Positions 63,501-64,000 of a stretch of 64,000 bases of DNA are shown piece after piece. A model generated the notes under the pieces. It had not been told where the DNA came from, made no database searches, and was given only the letters and a program-made list of their open reading frames with translations. Position numbers and translations under genes: made by a program. The DNA is from Cetorhinus maximus (lineage: Eukaryota). Location of the stretch: contig NC_135879.1 in assembly GCF_964194155.1 (NCBI RefSeq), forward strand, positions 192,138,001 to 192,202,000. The letters are read 5' to 3'. The number at the start of each line of letters is the position of its first letter. Positions within the stretch are counted from its first letter, which is position 1.

Positions 63501-64000
63501 TTAAAAGTTGTGGCTAGTTACATTGGTTCTTGCCAAACTTCCACCTAATATTAATAACGCTAGAGTTTCAAATATTAAGCAAAACATTGAAAGCATTCAT
63601 AATCTAGATAAGGTATTTTTAAATAAATGTAAAAAAGTTAGTTAAATATTTTGTTTTGAAACTCTAGTCATGTTAAGGTCCAAAGGATGTTACACGGTGA
63701 CAGAACAATTAATAGTAATTGCACACATTAGGCTCAATTACAAATACATCTGTCCTAAGTGAGATAATACACAATTCGGTTTCCTGGAATATGATCCTAA
63801 ATAGACTTTATGCCATTAGCTTGTTAAAACTGACAAGATCTCACCTTCCATCCTCTCCATATGGTTAGTACAACAAATTACTAGGCAGGGCTCCAATTAC
63901 TTGAAATTGGGTTTTTCATCTATTTGCACACTATTGTTAACAAATACGTATGGCATTCCTTTGTCTACTATTTTAATGGACGTGTTAAATATTTGCTTTC

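Noticed and set aside
1-64000. CRISPR array, rRNA or prokaryotic/phage operon
   Set aside because: No regularly spaced repeats, rRNA motifs or gene-dense coding; the content is vertebrate repeat-rich DNA.

Overview
Vertebrate non-coding DNA dense in transposons. The repeat families (tRNA-derived SINEs, a Deu-domain SINE, CR1 and RTE LINEs, Penelope-like elements) point to a cartilaginous fish (shark); this is an inference. I found no host protein-coding exon I can support, so the window is probably a large intron or intergenic region. The main feature is a young Penelope-like retroelement (14185-17487). It has an uninterrupted but 5'-truncated RT + GIY-YIG frame (15021-16988), an ~840-bp inverted copy of its own 3' end, a perfect 13-bp target-site duplication, and a minimal hammerhead-ribozyme motif with a variant core in each arm. 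Also present: a family of PIF/Harbinger-type MITEs with 3-bp TSDs and conserved internal hairpins, a fossil Harbinger with an intron-containing Myb/SANT gene and a nested solo LTR, and a 5'-inverted RTE LINE. There are also two hAT MITEs, several locally templated duplications, and a compact cluster of REST/RE1 and PBX-MEIS motifs at about 34.5-34.9 kb. Boundaries of old degraded repeats are approximate, and all alignments were done by eye.
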